The translations under genes and the position numbers were made by a program. Shown one piece after another: positions 21,225 to 46,049 of a DNA stretch of 64,000 nucleotides. Numbering within the stretch: position 1 is the stretch's first letter; each line of letters opens with the position of its first letter. Origin of the DNA: Macrostomum lignano (Eukaryota); assembly GCA_002269645.1 (NCBI GenBank), contig NIVC01001033.1:1-64000 (forward strand), in the 5' to 3' direction. The notes below the pieces were generated by a model. It made no database searches, was not told the origin of the DNA, and worked only from the letters and a program-made list of their open reading frames with translations.

Positions 21225-23791
21225 ATGGACAAGTTAAAGAAAGTTCTATCTGGCAATGATGATGATAACACTGATAGAGAAGGAATTATGGCAGAGGTAA
21301 GTATTCGATTTTAGGAATACATCTTTTTGGTATTTGTGGGCTTAGTGCCATAGACATATATTATTTATTTTTCTTTTCTTTTAATATATTTATTGGCTTG
21401 ATTAAAATCCCTAGGACAATGATGATGATGTGCCACTACTCTGGAGGGTGGGTAGAGGCATTTGCTATAACACGTTAATAAAAAAATTCTGTTGTTAATT
21501 GTTATAACTAAATAACAGTTTCCCAATCAATGTAGATCTCTAGTTCTGGTTTCGTTCGCTCCCAAGAGAAAAATTTTGTGTTGTTTTATGTACTAAGTAT
21601 TATGCACTTTTTTAATTAAAGTTTGTACTGTTAATTGTTATTTATTTTTAGTTTTCTTATTTTTTCAAATATTGTTACATTTACTTGCTAATTGTTTAAC
21701 ATTCATTCTAGAAGCTATATTTTTATACTGTCTTAATTCTCAAAAAATCTATTTGAATTTCACAATTTCAAACAGTTCAGCGACAGAACAACATTCAGTT
21801 GGAGCTCGCGGATTAAAGGATTCATAGCCTGCTTCGTTATTGGCTGGATTTTTTCCCTGCTAGTAAGTTGCAATTGTATCTGTGCCTTGCTGCTTTTCTA
21901 AGTAAATACCTGTTGGATAGAATTACCATCAACTAGCATGCACTCACCTTAGTACTGAATGGAAAGTTGAGACTTTTTTAGCAAACAAATGTGTTTCAAG
22001 TTGCTTTCATTGACACAATAGCCACAATAGCATCCTGACCTTGATTTTGACATCCTGACCTTGATTTTAGCATCCTGACCTTGATTTAGGCATCCTGACC
22101 TTGATTTTAGTATCCTGATCTTGATTTAGGCATCCTGACCTTGATTTTAGCATCCTGACCTTGATTTTGGCATCCTGACTGATTTTGCCATCCTGACCTT
22201 GATTTTGACATCCTGACCTTGATTTAGGCATCCTGACTTTGATTTAGGCATCCTGACCTTGATTTAGGCATCCTGACTTTGATTTAGGCATCCTGACCTT
22301 GATTTTAGCATCCTGACCTTGATTTTGCCATCCTGACTTTGATTTAGGCATCCTGACCTTGATTTAGGCATCCTGACCTTGATTTTAGCATCCTGACCTT
22401 GATTTTGGCATCCTGACTGATTTTGCCATCCTGACCTTGATTTTGACATCCTGACCTTGATTTAGGCATCCTGACTTTGATTTAGGCATCCTGACCTTGA
22501 TTTAGGCATCCTGACTTTGATTTAGGCATCCTGACCTTGATTTTAGCATCCTGACCTTGATTTTGCCATCCTGACTTTGATTTAGGCATCCTGACCTTGA
22601 TTTAGGCATCCTGACCTTGATTTGGGCATCCTGACCTTGATTTTGACATCCTGATCTTGATTTAGGCATCCTGACCTTGATTTAGGCATCCTGACCTTGA
22701 TTTAGGCATCCTGACCTTGATTTTGACATCCTGATCTTGATTTAGGCATCCTGACCTTGATTTTAGCATCCTGACCTTGATTTTGGCATCCTGACTGATT
22801 TTGCCATCCTGACCTTGATTTTGACATCCTGACCTTGATTTTGGCATCCTGACCTTGATTTTGGCATCCTGGCATTGGTTTTGCCATCCTGACCTTGATT
22901 TTGGCATCCTGACCTTGATTTTGACATCCTGACCTTGATTTTGGCATCCTGGCATTGGTTTTGCCATCCTGACTTTGATTTTGCCATCCTGAACTTGATT
23001 TTGGCATCCTGGCATTGGTTTTGCCATCCTGACTTTGATTTTGGCATCCTGACCTTGATTTTGACATCCTGACCTTGATTTTGGCATCCTGGCATTGGTT
23101 TTGCCATCCTGACTTTGATTTTGGCATCCTGAACTTGATTTTGACATCCTGACCTTGATTTTGGCTTTGATTTTGATATTCTGACTTTGATTTTGATACT
23201 GTGACTTTGATTTTGGCATTCTGACTTTGATTTTGATACTCTGACTTTGATTTTGATACTATGACTTTGATTTTGATACTCTGACTTTAAGTTTGGCATT
23301 CTGACTTTGATTTTGACATCCTGAAACTTTTATCTTGGCATTTTTTGATCGCACCGTGAGTCCTGACAATAACTACAATGTCCAAGTTATTATATAATAT
23401 CTGCAGTGTACCTGTACACCAAAATGACACCTGTCGCAACCCACACCGTCGCTACTTGCAGGGCAGCGCACTGATCGCATTACCTCACGGATTGGTCATA
23501 TTTGCCACATTTTACACTATTGGCAACGTCCTGTCACTGGCGTCCACCTGTTTCCTCATGGGTCCAATTAATCAGTTAAAGAAGATGTTCGCCCCAACTC
23601 GACTAATTGCCACCCTACTGATGCTGCTGTTTATGGCCCTGACATTGATGGCCGCTATCTGGTGGAAGAAAAGCGTGTTAGCCGTAATCTTCTGCCTGCT
23701 GCAGTTCCTAGCACTGGTCTGGTATTCTATTAGCTACATACCGTACGCTAGAACCGCTATTAAGAATGCATTCTCAGCCTGTATGGGTTGA
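21225..23791 (+). CDS. SFT2D1: SFT2-family (Got1/Sft2) vesicle transport protein, 162 aa
   Basis: Exons 21225-21296, 21776-21862 and 23462-23791, phase 0. MDKLKKVLSG, SWSSRIKGFIACF, FATFYTIGNVLSLASTCFLMGPINQLKKMFAPTRLIAT, WYSISYIPYAR. D1 versus D2 paralog cannot be resolved. Confidence 0.93.
22030..23330. repeat. 20-bp minisatellite (GCATCCTGACCTTGATTTTG) filling SFT2 intron 2
   Basis: About 60 variant units. Confidence 0.95.
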
Positions 23792-24359
23792 TTTCTAACT
23801 TCCTTTGCTATCTATCTCATTGCATGTACTCTGCTCTACTCATAGTAGTCTGCAGTGCAACAACGAATTCGAAATTTGGATCTGAAATCTATAAAAATGA
23901 ATATTGATAAATTTGCTTTTTTAAATGTCCTTCCTTCCTACTATTCGACGTGAACGCTTATAAGTAGTATCTCGAGAGCAATGCATATTAATTTACTAAA
24001 TTATAAATTTTCTGAACTTTTTATACGAGCATACAATAAACAATACCCGTTGATGCTTATAGATTTGTTGTCTGTCACAATGTGTCAATCTCTAATTAAG
24101 AGTTGAGCCAATGGTTTTTTAAACTTTAAGACCTCTATTCTGTTTTACTGTTTTTTGGCATCTCGCTTTATTTCAGCTTGCTGTGTAATCTCTTCTGCGC
24201 ATTGTTTTTTCGTGTTGGAAAACAGAAACTGTATTATTTTTGCTTTGTATAGCTTTGCAGCTTTACTATGAAACAGCTGTTTTTCTGCCTGAATGCGCTC
24301 TGACTAACCTTTGCCTAATTTAAGTCTATTAATTAAAATATTTTTTAGAGTTTACACTG

Positions 24360-24610
24360 CCAGATCCTCAGGTGCTGGGCCAGCCTCCCAGATCCCCAGT
24401 TGCTGGGCCACCAGCCTCCCAGATCCCCAGTTGCTGGGCCACCAGCCTCCCAGATCCTCAGTTGCTGGGCCAGCCTCCCAGATCCTCAGTTGCTGGGCCA
24501 GCCTCCCAGATCCTCAGTTGCTGGGCCAGCCTCCCAGATCCTCAGTTGCTGGGCCAGCCTCCCAGATCCTCAGTTGCTGGGTCACTAGCGTCCCAGATTC
24601 TCAGTTGCTG
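24360..24610. repeat. 27/31-bp minisatellite, reverse complement of the 962-1392 array
   Basis: GCTGGGCC(ACC)AGCCTCCCAGATCCTCAGTT units. Confidence 0.92.
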
Positions 24611-25044
24611 GTCCTGCCTCACTTTAGCTTCTCAAATGGCATTCTCAAATGACTATGCGAGACAAATAAATGTATACAAAATCTGTGTCAATATCCTCAC
24701 AGCGAACCTGTTTTACTCGCAAATAAGTTATTCTGTTCTGTCTGAAAGCCTGTTGTGCCTACATTTAACCCTCGTGTACTTGTGACAAAAAAATAGCATT
24801 GCACCCATCGCTGTTCTGTGTCATTCAAGCCATCAGCTTATAATTGGTTTTTAATGCACATATTGATTGTTGATCGCAATCCAAGTTACTCTTATTTTTG
24901 CTTTGCGAAAGCATAAACAAATATATTGCTGAGCAAAAGCTTTCACTTGTGATTCTTGTTGGTCACCTAAACATAGATTCTTTTGCTTGGACTTTGATTT
25001 TACGGTTAATTTTGTAACTCAGTAATTCTGCAAATTCTCAGTGG

Positions 25045-26930
25045 CATTTTTGTCATCTCTGTTCTCATTCTCTCACCTATATTCTCATTGGCATTCTCTC
25101 ACCTCCTATCTCCTTCTTTCACCTCTATTCTTCTTCTATCACCTCTATTCTCATTCGTTCACCTTTACTCTCATTCTATCACCTCTATTCTCATTCTGTT
25201 ACCTCTATTCTCATTCTGTCACCTCTATTCTTTTTTGTCACCTCTATTCTCATTCTCTCACCTCTATTCTCATTCTGTTACCTCTATTCTCATTCTGTTA
25301 CCTCTATTCTCATTCTCTCACCTCTATTCTCATTCTGTCACCTCTATTCTCATTCTCTCACCTCTATTCTCATTCTGTCACCTCTATTCTCATTCGTTCA
25401 CCTTTACTCTCATTCTATCACCTCTATTCTCATTCTGTTACCTCTATTCTCATTCTGTCACCTCTATTCTCATTCTCTCATCTCTAATCTCATTTTATTA
25501 CCTCTATTCTCATTCTCTCACCTCTATTCTCATTCTGTCACCTCTATTCTCATTCTCTCACCTCTATTCTTCTTCTATCACCTCTATTCTCATTCTGTCA
25601 CCTCTATTCTCATTCGTTCACCTTTACTCTCATTCTATCACCTCTATTCTCATTCTGTTACCTCTATTCTCATTCTGTCACCTCTATTCTTTTTTGTCAC
25701 CTCTATTCTCATTCTCTCACCTCTATTCTCATTCTGTTACCTCTATTCTCATTCTGTTACCTCTATTCTCATTCTATCACCTCTATTCTCATTCTCTTAC
25801 CTCTATTCTCATTCTGTCACCTCTATTCTCATTCTCTCACCTCTATTCTCATTCTGTCACCTCTATTCTCATTCTCTCACCTCTATTCTCATTCTGTCAC
25901 CTCTATTCTCATTCTGTCACCTCTATTCTCATTCTCTCATCTCTATTCTCATTCTCTCACCTTTATTCTCATTCTCACCTCTATTCTCATTCTGTTACCT
26001 CTATTCTCATTCTGTCACCTCTATTCTCATTCTCTCATCTCTATTCTCATTCTCTCACCTTTATTCTCATTCTCACCTCTATTCTCATTCTCTCATCTTT
26101 ATTCTCATTCTCACCTCTATTCTCATTCTGTTACCTCTATTCTCATTCTGTCACCTCTATTCTCATTCGTTCACCTTTACTCTCATTCTATCACCTCTAT
26201 TCTCATTCTGTTACCTCTATTCTCATTCTGTCACCTCTATTCTCATTCTCTCATCTCTAATCTCATTTTATTACCTCTATTCTTATTCTATCACCTTTAT
26301 TCTCATTCTCTCACCTCTATTCTCATTCTCTCACCTCTATTCTCATTCTGTCACCTTTATTCTCATTCTCTCACCTCTATTTTCATTCTCTCACCTATAT
26401 TCTCATTCTCTCACCTTTATTCTCATTCTCTCACCTCTATTCTCATTCTCTCATCTCTAATCTCATTTTATTACCTCTATTCTCATTCTCTCACCTCTAT
26501 TCTCATTCTCTCACCTATATTCTCATTATATCACCTTTATTCTCATTCTCTCACCTCTATTCTCATTCTCTCACCTTTATTCTCATTCTCACCTCTATTC
26601 TCATTCTCACCTCTATTCTCATTCTATCACCTCTATTCTCATTCTCTCACCTCTATTCTCATTCTGTCACCTTTATTCTCATTCTCTCACCTCTATTCTC
26701 ATTCTCTCACCTATATTCTCATTCTCTCACCTTTATTCTCATTCTCTCACCTCTATTCTCATTCTCTCATCTCTAATCTCATTTTATTACCTCTATTCTC
26801 ATTCTCTAACCTCTAATCTCATTTTATTACCTCTATTCTCATTCTCTAACCTCTAATCTCATTTTATTACCTTTATTCTCATTGACATTCGTTCGCCTCT
26901 ATTTTTATTCTCTCACCTCTATTCTCAGTT
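25045..26930. repeat. 20-bp pyrimidine-rich minisatellite (CACCTCTATTCTCATTCTGT)
   Basis: About 90 variant units. Confidence 0.95.
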
Positions 26931-27629
26931 TCTCACATTCATTCTCTACTTTAAAAAATATTAATTCTGTCTTCAATTTCTACCTGCCCCTCTCTCTTGT
27001 CAAGTGAAGTAGACAAGACACTCAGATCTAATTTAGCAGGCTATAGCGAGTTTCAGGTGATTCACCAATTGAGCACGTTTCTGCTTTTGTGTTGTTTTTA
27101 GTTTCTTAGCGTCTTCGAGCTGCGGCATGTTATTCTATATGATATGCTCCAATTATCCAGCTGCCAGACACTCATCAGTCATCACTCCTTACTTTATCAG
27201 GTGTCGAGTTTTGGTACCTGGGCTGTTTTTCTACTATAGCTTACTTTCGGGGCATTCATTATTTCTTAGTTATAAATTAAAGCTTAAACGTAGTGGTTAC
27301 GTTTTCCAGGGGGTTTTCCTATTTGTTTACACAGCGCAAAATATAGTACTGAGAGCTCAGTGTGTTTGTTCTAAAAGTAAGGCATGCTTGGTTGGCAAAT
27401 GCTCAAACAAAGCGACTATAGTAAGTAAACATTCGAGCATAAAGATCGCCAAGGAGATCTGGAAAGAGAATTTGGAGCGGGCACTCATTCATCTATGGAT
27501 AATTTATGTGAATGCGTTTGATCCAGTTTATGGATTTAGAGTTCAGGAAAATGGTAATTGAAGACTGTCAAAACGAACACATCAATTGGTGCTTTAAATC
27601 TTTAATGAGGAAGGGAACAGTTCATAGAA

Positions 27630-27915
27630 TATAGACCGTAAGGCCATTGACTATAGACCGTAAGGCCATAAACTATAAACCATAGACTATAGACCGTAGA
27701 CCATAGACTTTAAACTATTGACTAATCTATTGACCGTAGATCATAGACTATTGACCGTAGGCCATAGACTATTGACTGTAGGCCATAGAAAATAGACCGT
27801 AAGGCCATTGACTAAAGACCGTAGGTCATAGACTATGAACAATAGACTATAGACCGTAGGCCATAGACTCTTAGCCATAGACGATATATATTCCATCGAC
27901 CATCATAGACCATAG
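27630..27915. repeat. Degenerate approx. 21-bp minisatellite (GACTATAGACCGTAGGCCATA)
   Basis: Repeated units read directly. Confidence 0.75.
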
Positions 27916-28779
27916 ACCATATTATAACTCGCAGTTGCCTATGCCTAACTCAATAACTCAATATAACTCAATTGTTGTGTACCGTCACTCGGTCAAGTTA
28001 GTTTTCCATAGACTAAATGCGTAAACTGCATATATCTAGCGACGTTAAAGTCACATTCAATCGTGCTAATGATTTATTTTTTCTTGTCCGGCTTTTCTTT
28101 CGTCCCAAAATTGTCTGCGACAAAATCCTATTTATTTCTGTGCATCTTGTTTAGAGCCGACACAATAGGTACAATGATTAAATTCAAAAAACTTTTAGAC
28201 CAACACTGTCAGTTGTGACGAATGGAAAAAAATCTAAAAATTAAGCACTCCAAATTCTCTGTTGAAGGCCTCCTTGGCAGGGAGCGCCAGCTAAGCTCAA
28301 GGAAAACAGACCAGTCGCTCCGGAGCTGAACTGGAAGAGGAGAGAGAATGGCAAAGCTGTATAGTACTCATAAGAGGAGAGAGAATGGCAAAGCTGTATA
28401 GTACTCATAAGCATGTGCAGGGGCGTCTGCGGTAGGAAAAATTCCTAGTGTCAATCTTTGCCTGGGAGAGGCCCTCCGAGGCCAGCCTATAATACACTTG
28501 TGTCTTGCTATACCGTCTCCATGGCAACTTTCTACTGTAATTTTCACCCCTCTACCCTCACAGTCCTCGCTCGCTCCCCCAGTCTCAAGTCCTGCTTCTC
28601 TCACACCTGGCCAATCAATGGGGTAGCATTGTATTATACAGACCTAAAGCTATTAAAATTCTAACCAGGTATATACTGTATATACCCAGACTCAGAGCTT
28701 TTCAAACTTAATATTCTTCTATTTGTAACTTTATTTGGCATTAATTATTATTGTTGAATAATAATAATAACGATCAACG

Positions 28780-40634
<11,855 letters not shown>

Positions 40635-41348
40635 ATAAATGCGCACCGACCAATCAGAGAGCGTCTAGAGCGATGACGTCATACAGCGGAGTGAGGTGGT
40701 TGACTGCCAGAACCAATGAGCGTTGACTTATTTGTGAATCGTGATATTTAACATTATTAACATCGATTTTCATTACCAAATTATCCTACTTAGACCATAA
40801 GCAAGCACTGTTTTTATTTAAACATGGAAAAATCAATACACTTTTTTTCATGCTTCTACTGTGTCCAAAACCAAGGCAACAAATTATTAATATTAATTTT
40901 TATCGCTAGCTAATTCAAATCAATACTGTTTTTTTTCGCGTTTGCTGACTGTGTCAAGAACTAACTACTATAAATATTATCCCTATAGTTATCAAATATT
41001 TATCTTGTAGCTGAAAATAATTTTTTTTCTTTTTTCCCATCGACAGCATGTTAGCTACTATCGTTTTTATTAGTTATTGAGATTTTTTACTTTTTAGAGG
41101 ATAAAAATCGCCTCAATTTTTGCTTTCTCCTTAAAATTTTTATGAATCCATACCATATTAATATACAGAAAAATATATATTATATAATTTACTACAATAG
41201 TATATTAATGAAAATATGATGTTAATTCGTTATTATACAAATCTAAATATACTAAAAATATTAATAGCAATAGATTTGTTTGTTTATTTTATACCTCAAA
41301 AAAGCACCACCTCTTTTATGAGCTTTGATACAGCTCGCAGTTTAAAAA

Positions 41349-41382
<34 letters not shown>

Positions 41383-42212
41383 TAACTTTCGGCCCTTTAA
41401 CTTTCTAATCGTCAGGGATGGTACTATTTACCAACATATAATGCAAACGAGACGTAAAAGCATGGCAAAACTGGATTTTGTTAACCAAATACGTCTATCA
41501 GTTATCCATATAGACATAAGTCAACAGGTTTTTTTTTGTCCTGGAAAATTTGGAATTATCCATTTACGGGATGTTAAGCTACATCTTCATGTACATGGAT
41601 TTCTCAATAAAGGAGTCTGAAAAGGAAGCGAAGCTGTGTAATTAAGACAAATTTACGTCACTTTCGATGGATGAAAATTCATAATTTACAATGGTAGACT
41701 GTGTTGTATTGCGCTCGATTTTTAACATTTACATTTCACCCAGAAACAATGGCAATCGCTTGGTTGGGCCATTATTCCTCAGTCACTTACCGATGTACAT
41801 TTACCCTATCCCTATGTACAAATGTCATCACTTAACTGCTTACTTATTTTTCTTATCGATCCACCCGTCCTCAATCTTTAAATTGGCGTGAAAAGGAGTT
41901 AGGAATAGTTACGAGCTACAATACAATTTACCGGCCAATGAGCAATGGCCGGATTGCCATCCTTTCAAACCTATTTTATCCTAATGCAAATAAAAAGAGC
42001 GGTGGATCGATAATAAAAGTTGGAAAGCAGTGTCACGTGATGAAAATTGTACATAGGTTAATGTACATCTGGGTGCAACTAATGGCCAAAACTAGTCACC
42101 ATTTTGTTTGGTTGAAATTATACGTACAACATGGAAAAGAGGGTTTATGAGAATTTCCCGTGAGATTTGCCCGCAATGCTTTTTTTCTTGCAGCGCATTT
42201 GGCAGCTAGATT

Positions 42213-42582
42213 ATTTATTTATTTTTATTAGAGGCAGGGGGGTTTGTGTGCACCCTGGCGCACTTTAAGCGACATCAACACACAACCGGCGAGAGGCATT
42301 ACTGCCCATTCCGCCGATTCCCCTGAGCAGGCATACAAGCGCGCGGATACGTACGCAGGCACACACTCACACAGGAGTGCACAGCGGCCCTAACTTTATA
42401 TTATCGTTAGGCATGTACACTTCACTGCGCCTTGGGGGGTTGGCTCTCAAGGCCGTTAATTGCACGAGAAGAGCCAAGCCGAGATTCCAATTCAGCCCCA
42501 AATTAATGTGACTGCATTTGGAATCGAGCCTGGGTCGCAGGCACACCAGAGCAGCTGCGCTACCGCTGGGCTACGGCCCCCC
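42213..42582 (-). mobile_element. Full-length SINE, family A
   Basis: tRNA-like head on the minus strand; 14-bp TSD TTGGCAGCTAGATT (42199-42212 and 42583-42596). Confidence 0.9.
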
Positions 42583-43075
42583 TTGGCAGCTAGATTCTGT
42601 CTGCATTGCCCCCCCGCCCCCCAAAAAAAGCATTTGATATGCAGTTACTATTAAACCGTGTTGATCATGTAGATCTCTCTATTAAGATTTAATTACTAAG
42701 CATTGGGGAGGCAATGCGCTGCAGAAAAAATGCATTGCGGGCAAAATTAAAATTATTACTTTTCGCTCCAGGTGCACACTTTATAGGACTCCATGGTAGG
42801 ACAGCTCTCTGGCATCGCAATCAGCTGCTTGGAGAAGCTTTGGAGAATATTTGAGAATGCATTAAGCAGGTGTTAAGCCAAATACGACAGAACTCGTGTT
42901 GACTTAATTCCGTATTAACGTATTAACACGGTTCTGATCACAGAATAAACAGCCAAAAACCAGCTATATTGCCTGCTGAGAAAGCTAATTACACAGACTA
43001 TATAAAGCTGTGAAAAATCTTTGTTATAGAAAACGATTCGAAAACTAAATGCAAAATCAACCGGTTGAATCGCTA

Positions 43076-43818
43076 ATGGATTTCAGAATTCAAAAAATTT
43101 TAACATTGACCAGTCTGCTCAGCAGTCTGCTGACAGTGTGGGCTCAGCCGTGCCCAGCTCCGTTCAGCCTCGAGGCCGGCAGATGCTTGTTCGTGAGCAC
43201 AGCTCAGAGCCACAGCTGGTGCTCAGCAAATCGTCAGTGTGCATCAATGGGAGGCGAGCTGCTCAACTCGTACAGCTCACTGCAGCTGCTGGGCAGCATT
43301 CTGAGACTGAACTGCCACTGCAACATCTGGCTGGGAGTGGCTGACCTGGCCGATGAGAGAAACACAAGCAAGTCGGGCTGGCAGCTGGTCAACGGCAAAA
43401 GCCTGCTGCCTGACAATGACTCGCTATGGTATGGCGGTGATCCAAACGGTAATAGAAAAGAAAACTGCATTGCTCAGTATAGCGCCCACTATGGAAAGCT
43501 TGTTGACATTGACTGCTCCGTTCTGGCTGGATTCGTCTGCGAGTTCGTAGCAGATGCAGCTCCGCCTCAGCCTCGTGGAAGCGAACTCCGTTCAAGCGCA
43601 CCAGCTCCAACCCCAGCACGGATTACTGCCGCACTGACCTGCTGCAGGTGGCCAACTCACTCGAGTGCATGGCGGCTGCTATGAACTCCAGAAGTTACTG
43701 CCGACATGTGCTGTACAACAGCAGGCTGAAAACCTGCCGCCTGCTGCTGTTCACCGACGCTCAGGTGGAGGCGGAGATCAAGACGAGCGCCGACTGGGTC
43801 AAGTTCAGCGTGTACTGA
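43076..43818 (+). CDS. Secreted C-type lectin with a probable C-terminal PAN/apple-like domain (one frameshift)
   Basis: Signal peptide MDFRIQKILTLTSLLSSLLTVWA; CTLD CPAPF...SWCSANRQC...WLG...W..GDPNG..ENC...DIDC....FVCE. A 1-nt frame correction in 43545-43590 extends it to ...ECMAAAM...CRHVLYNSRLKTCRL...WVKFSVY*. Confidence 0.8.
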
Positions 43819-44669
43819 GCCGTTTTAGAATTTTCTTTGCTTTTGACATTTCCTTTCATTTGCTTCCTTCTCTTACTTCTTCCCTCGTCTCTCTTCTCTT
43901 TCCTCTTCTATCCCCTCTTCACTCTCCTCTCTTCTCTATCCTCTTCTCTCCTCTCTCTCTCCTCTCTTTCCTCTCCTCTGTCCCCTTTCTTCTCTGCACT
44001 CTCCTCTTTCCACTCTCCTTTCCTATCTATATTCTCTCTCTCCTCTCCCCTCCCCTCTCTCCCCTCTCTCCTCTCTCCACTCTCCTCTCTTTTTTTCTCT
44101 CCTCTCCCTCTCCACTCACCCCTTTTCTCTCATCTTCTATCTCCTCTCTCATAACTCATCTATTCACTCTGCTTTCCACTCTCATCTTACCCACCACTGG
44201 CGTAGAGAAAGGAAATGTGTTCGAAGTCATAGCTTCGCTACTTTAAGTAGTAACTGTCGATTAGGTCTACGAGCTATTTATTTCTATTTATTTGTATCTA
44301 TACTTTCCTTTAAAGTTTTTTCTATGAAATCTAAATGCTATTTAACCAGATCTATACGATTAACAAACTTGAGTTATCTTCCTCGTATACTTTGTTTCAA
44401 ATTGCACTGCTGCTTTTAAACGTCATCAATTTAAAAAAAACAATTTTTTAAGTTGAATTCTACACCGGAGCCTATCTTTGCTATTGAAAGTAGTAACTTA
44501 TCCATCTAAACGGCCTGACTACACGTCAGATATAAATATATACAAATAAAACTTTCCTATTGTATTTTGTTTCCATTATTATTCGGTATTTTTTAGTAAA
44601 CTTGTCTTTCACTAAATTATAAATGCTTTTAAAACATACTTTAATGCACCAGAAGATGTCTATCTAAAC

Positions 44670-45290
44670 CAGGGGTCGGCGAACTGCGGCCCGCGGACCA
44701 CATGCTGCCTCCTGTGATACTTTACAATAGCAATCCGACCCCGCTCAATGTTCATGTCTCTCTTCAGCTCTCTCTTCTCTCCTCCTCTCCTCTCTTCCCT
44801 CTCCTCTCCCCTCTCTCCTCTCCTTTCTCCCTTCTCTCCCGCTCCCCTCTCTCCTCTCCCCTCTCCTTTCTCCCTTCTCTCCCGCTCCCCTCTCATCTCC
44901 CCTCCCCTCTCTCCTCTCTCTCCCGCTCCCCTCTCATCTCCCCTCCCCTCTCTCCTCTCTCTCTCCCCCTCACCTCTCTTCTCCCCCTCTCTCTTCTCCC
45001 CTCTCCTTTCTCCCTTCTCTCCCGCTCCCCTCTCTCCTCTCCCCTCTCCTTTCTCCCTTCTCTCCCGCTCCCCTCTCATCTCCCCCTCCCCTCTCTCCTC
45101 TCTCTCCCCCTCACCTCTCTTCTCCCCTTTCTCCCCTCCCCTCTCTTTTTTCGCCTCTCCTTTCTTCCCTCTTCTCTCCCTTCTCATCTCTCTCCCTCTC
45201 CCCTTTCCTCTTCCACTCCGCTCTCTCCCTTCTCCTTTTTTTCTCTCGTCTCTCCCCTTCTCTCCTCTTATCTTCTCATCTTATTATAAA
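44670..45290 (+). mobile_element. hAT-like one-ended fragment followed by a CT-rich tract
   Basis: CAGGGGTCGGCGAACTGCGGCCCGCGG resembles hAT-Charlie termini; 44721-44780 is homologous in inverted orientation to 32088-32145. No matching right TIR found. Confidence 0.45.
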
Positions 45291-46049
45291 CTGTAAAACG
45301 TAATTTTGACCACAAAAACAGGGTTACCCTTTTAGTCAACAAAAATTTCCTTTCACAAGTTGTCTTTCTACTTTAGATGTCCTTGACTCACACACAGCCC
45401 ACACACAGCCCACACACACACACATGTACATATTATAAATCTGCTTCAATCAGAATTGAGTTCCAAATAGCTTAAAACTCACTGACACCAGCGCACACTG
45501 TACTCACCAAACAAAGTCAACCCTGCTCAGATTCAGCTCAATCTCTGCACATAATTGGCCCTGATTTCTTTTCGGCTCCCAAATTACCAGAATAAATCCC
45601 CCGGGCAATTGCTGAGCAAAGTTTGCTGCCTGAGAGCAATATAATTTGGATAAGGGTTGACTCATGCCTATAGAAAGATAAATCAAAACTTCAAGCTGGA
45701 GGGCTGACTCACATTTGGAATAAGCTTTGCATCGGCTGAGCAAGCTGTTTAAGTCATCCACTTAAGTTGGCTGGGTTGGTCGGCTCTGTATAGTATCCAT
45801 AGAGAATCTTATCTGTACGAATTGATCCCCACGAGCGGAGTGAGGCAAGATCTGAATTGTAATAAATAAATTTGCTAGTTAAACTGCTTATACAGCTCCG
45901 ATGTTTTTGCCTTTCTGACCTCTCTTAACGACTAGCGACAAGGTATGTACGAAGTACCTAAGCTAACGGTAATAGTGAGAAATTCGAATGATATAGATTT
46001 GAAAACAGACGAAGAGATGGGATGGGGATGGGGAAGTGGATATGCAGAG

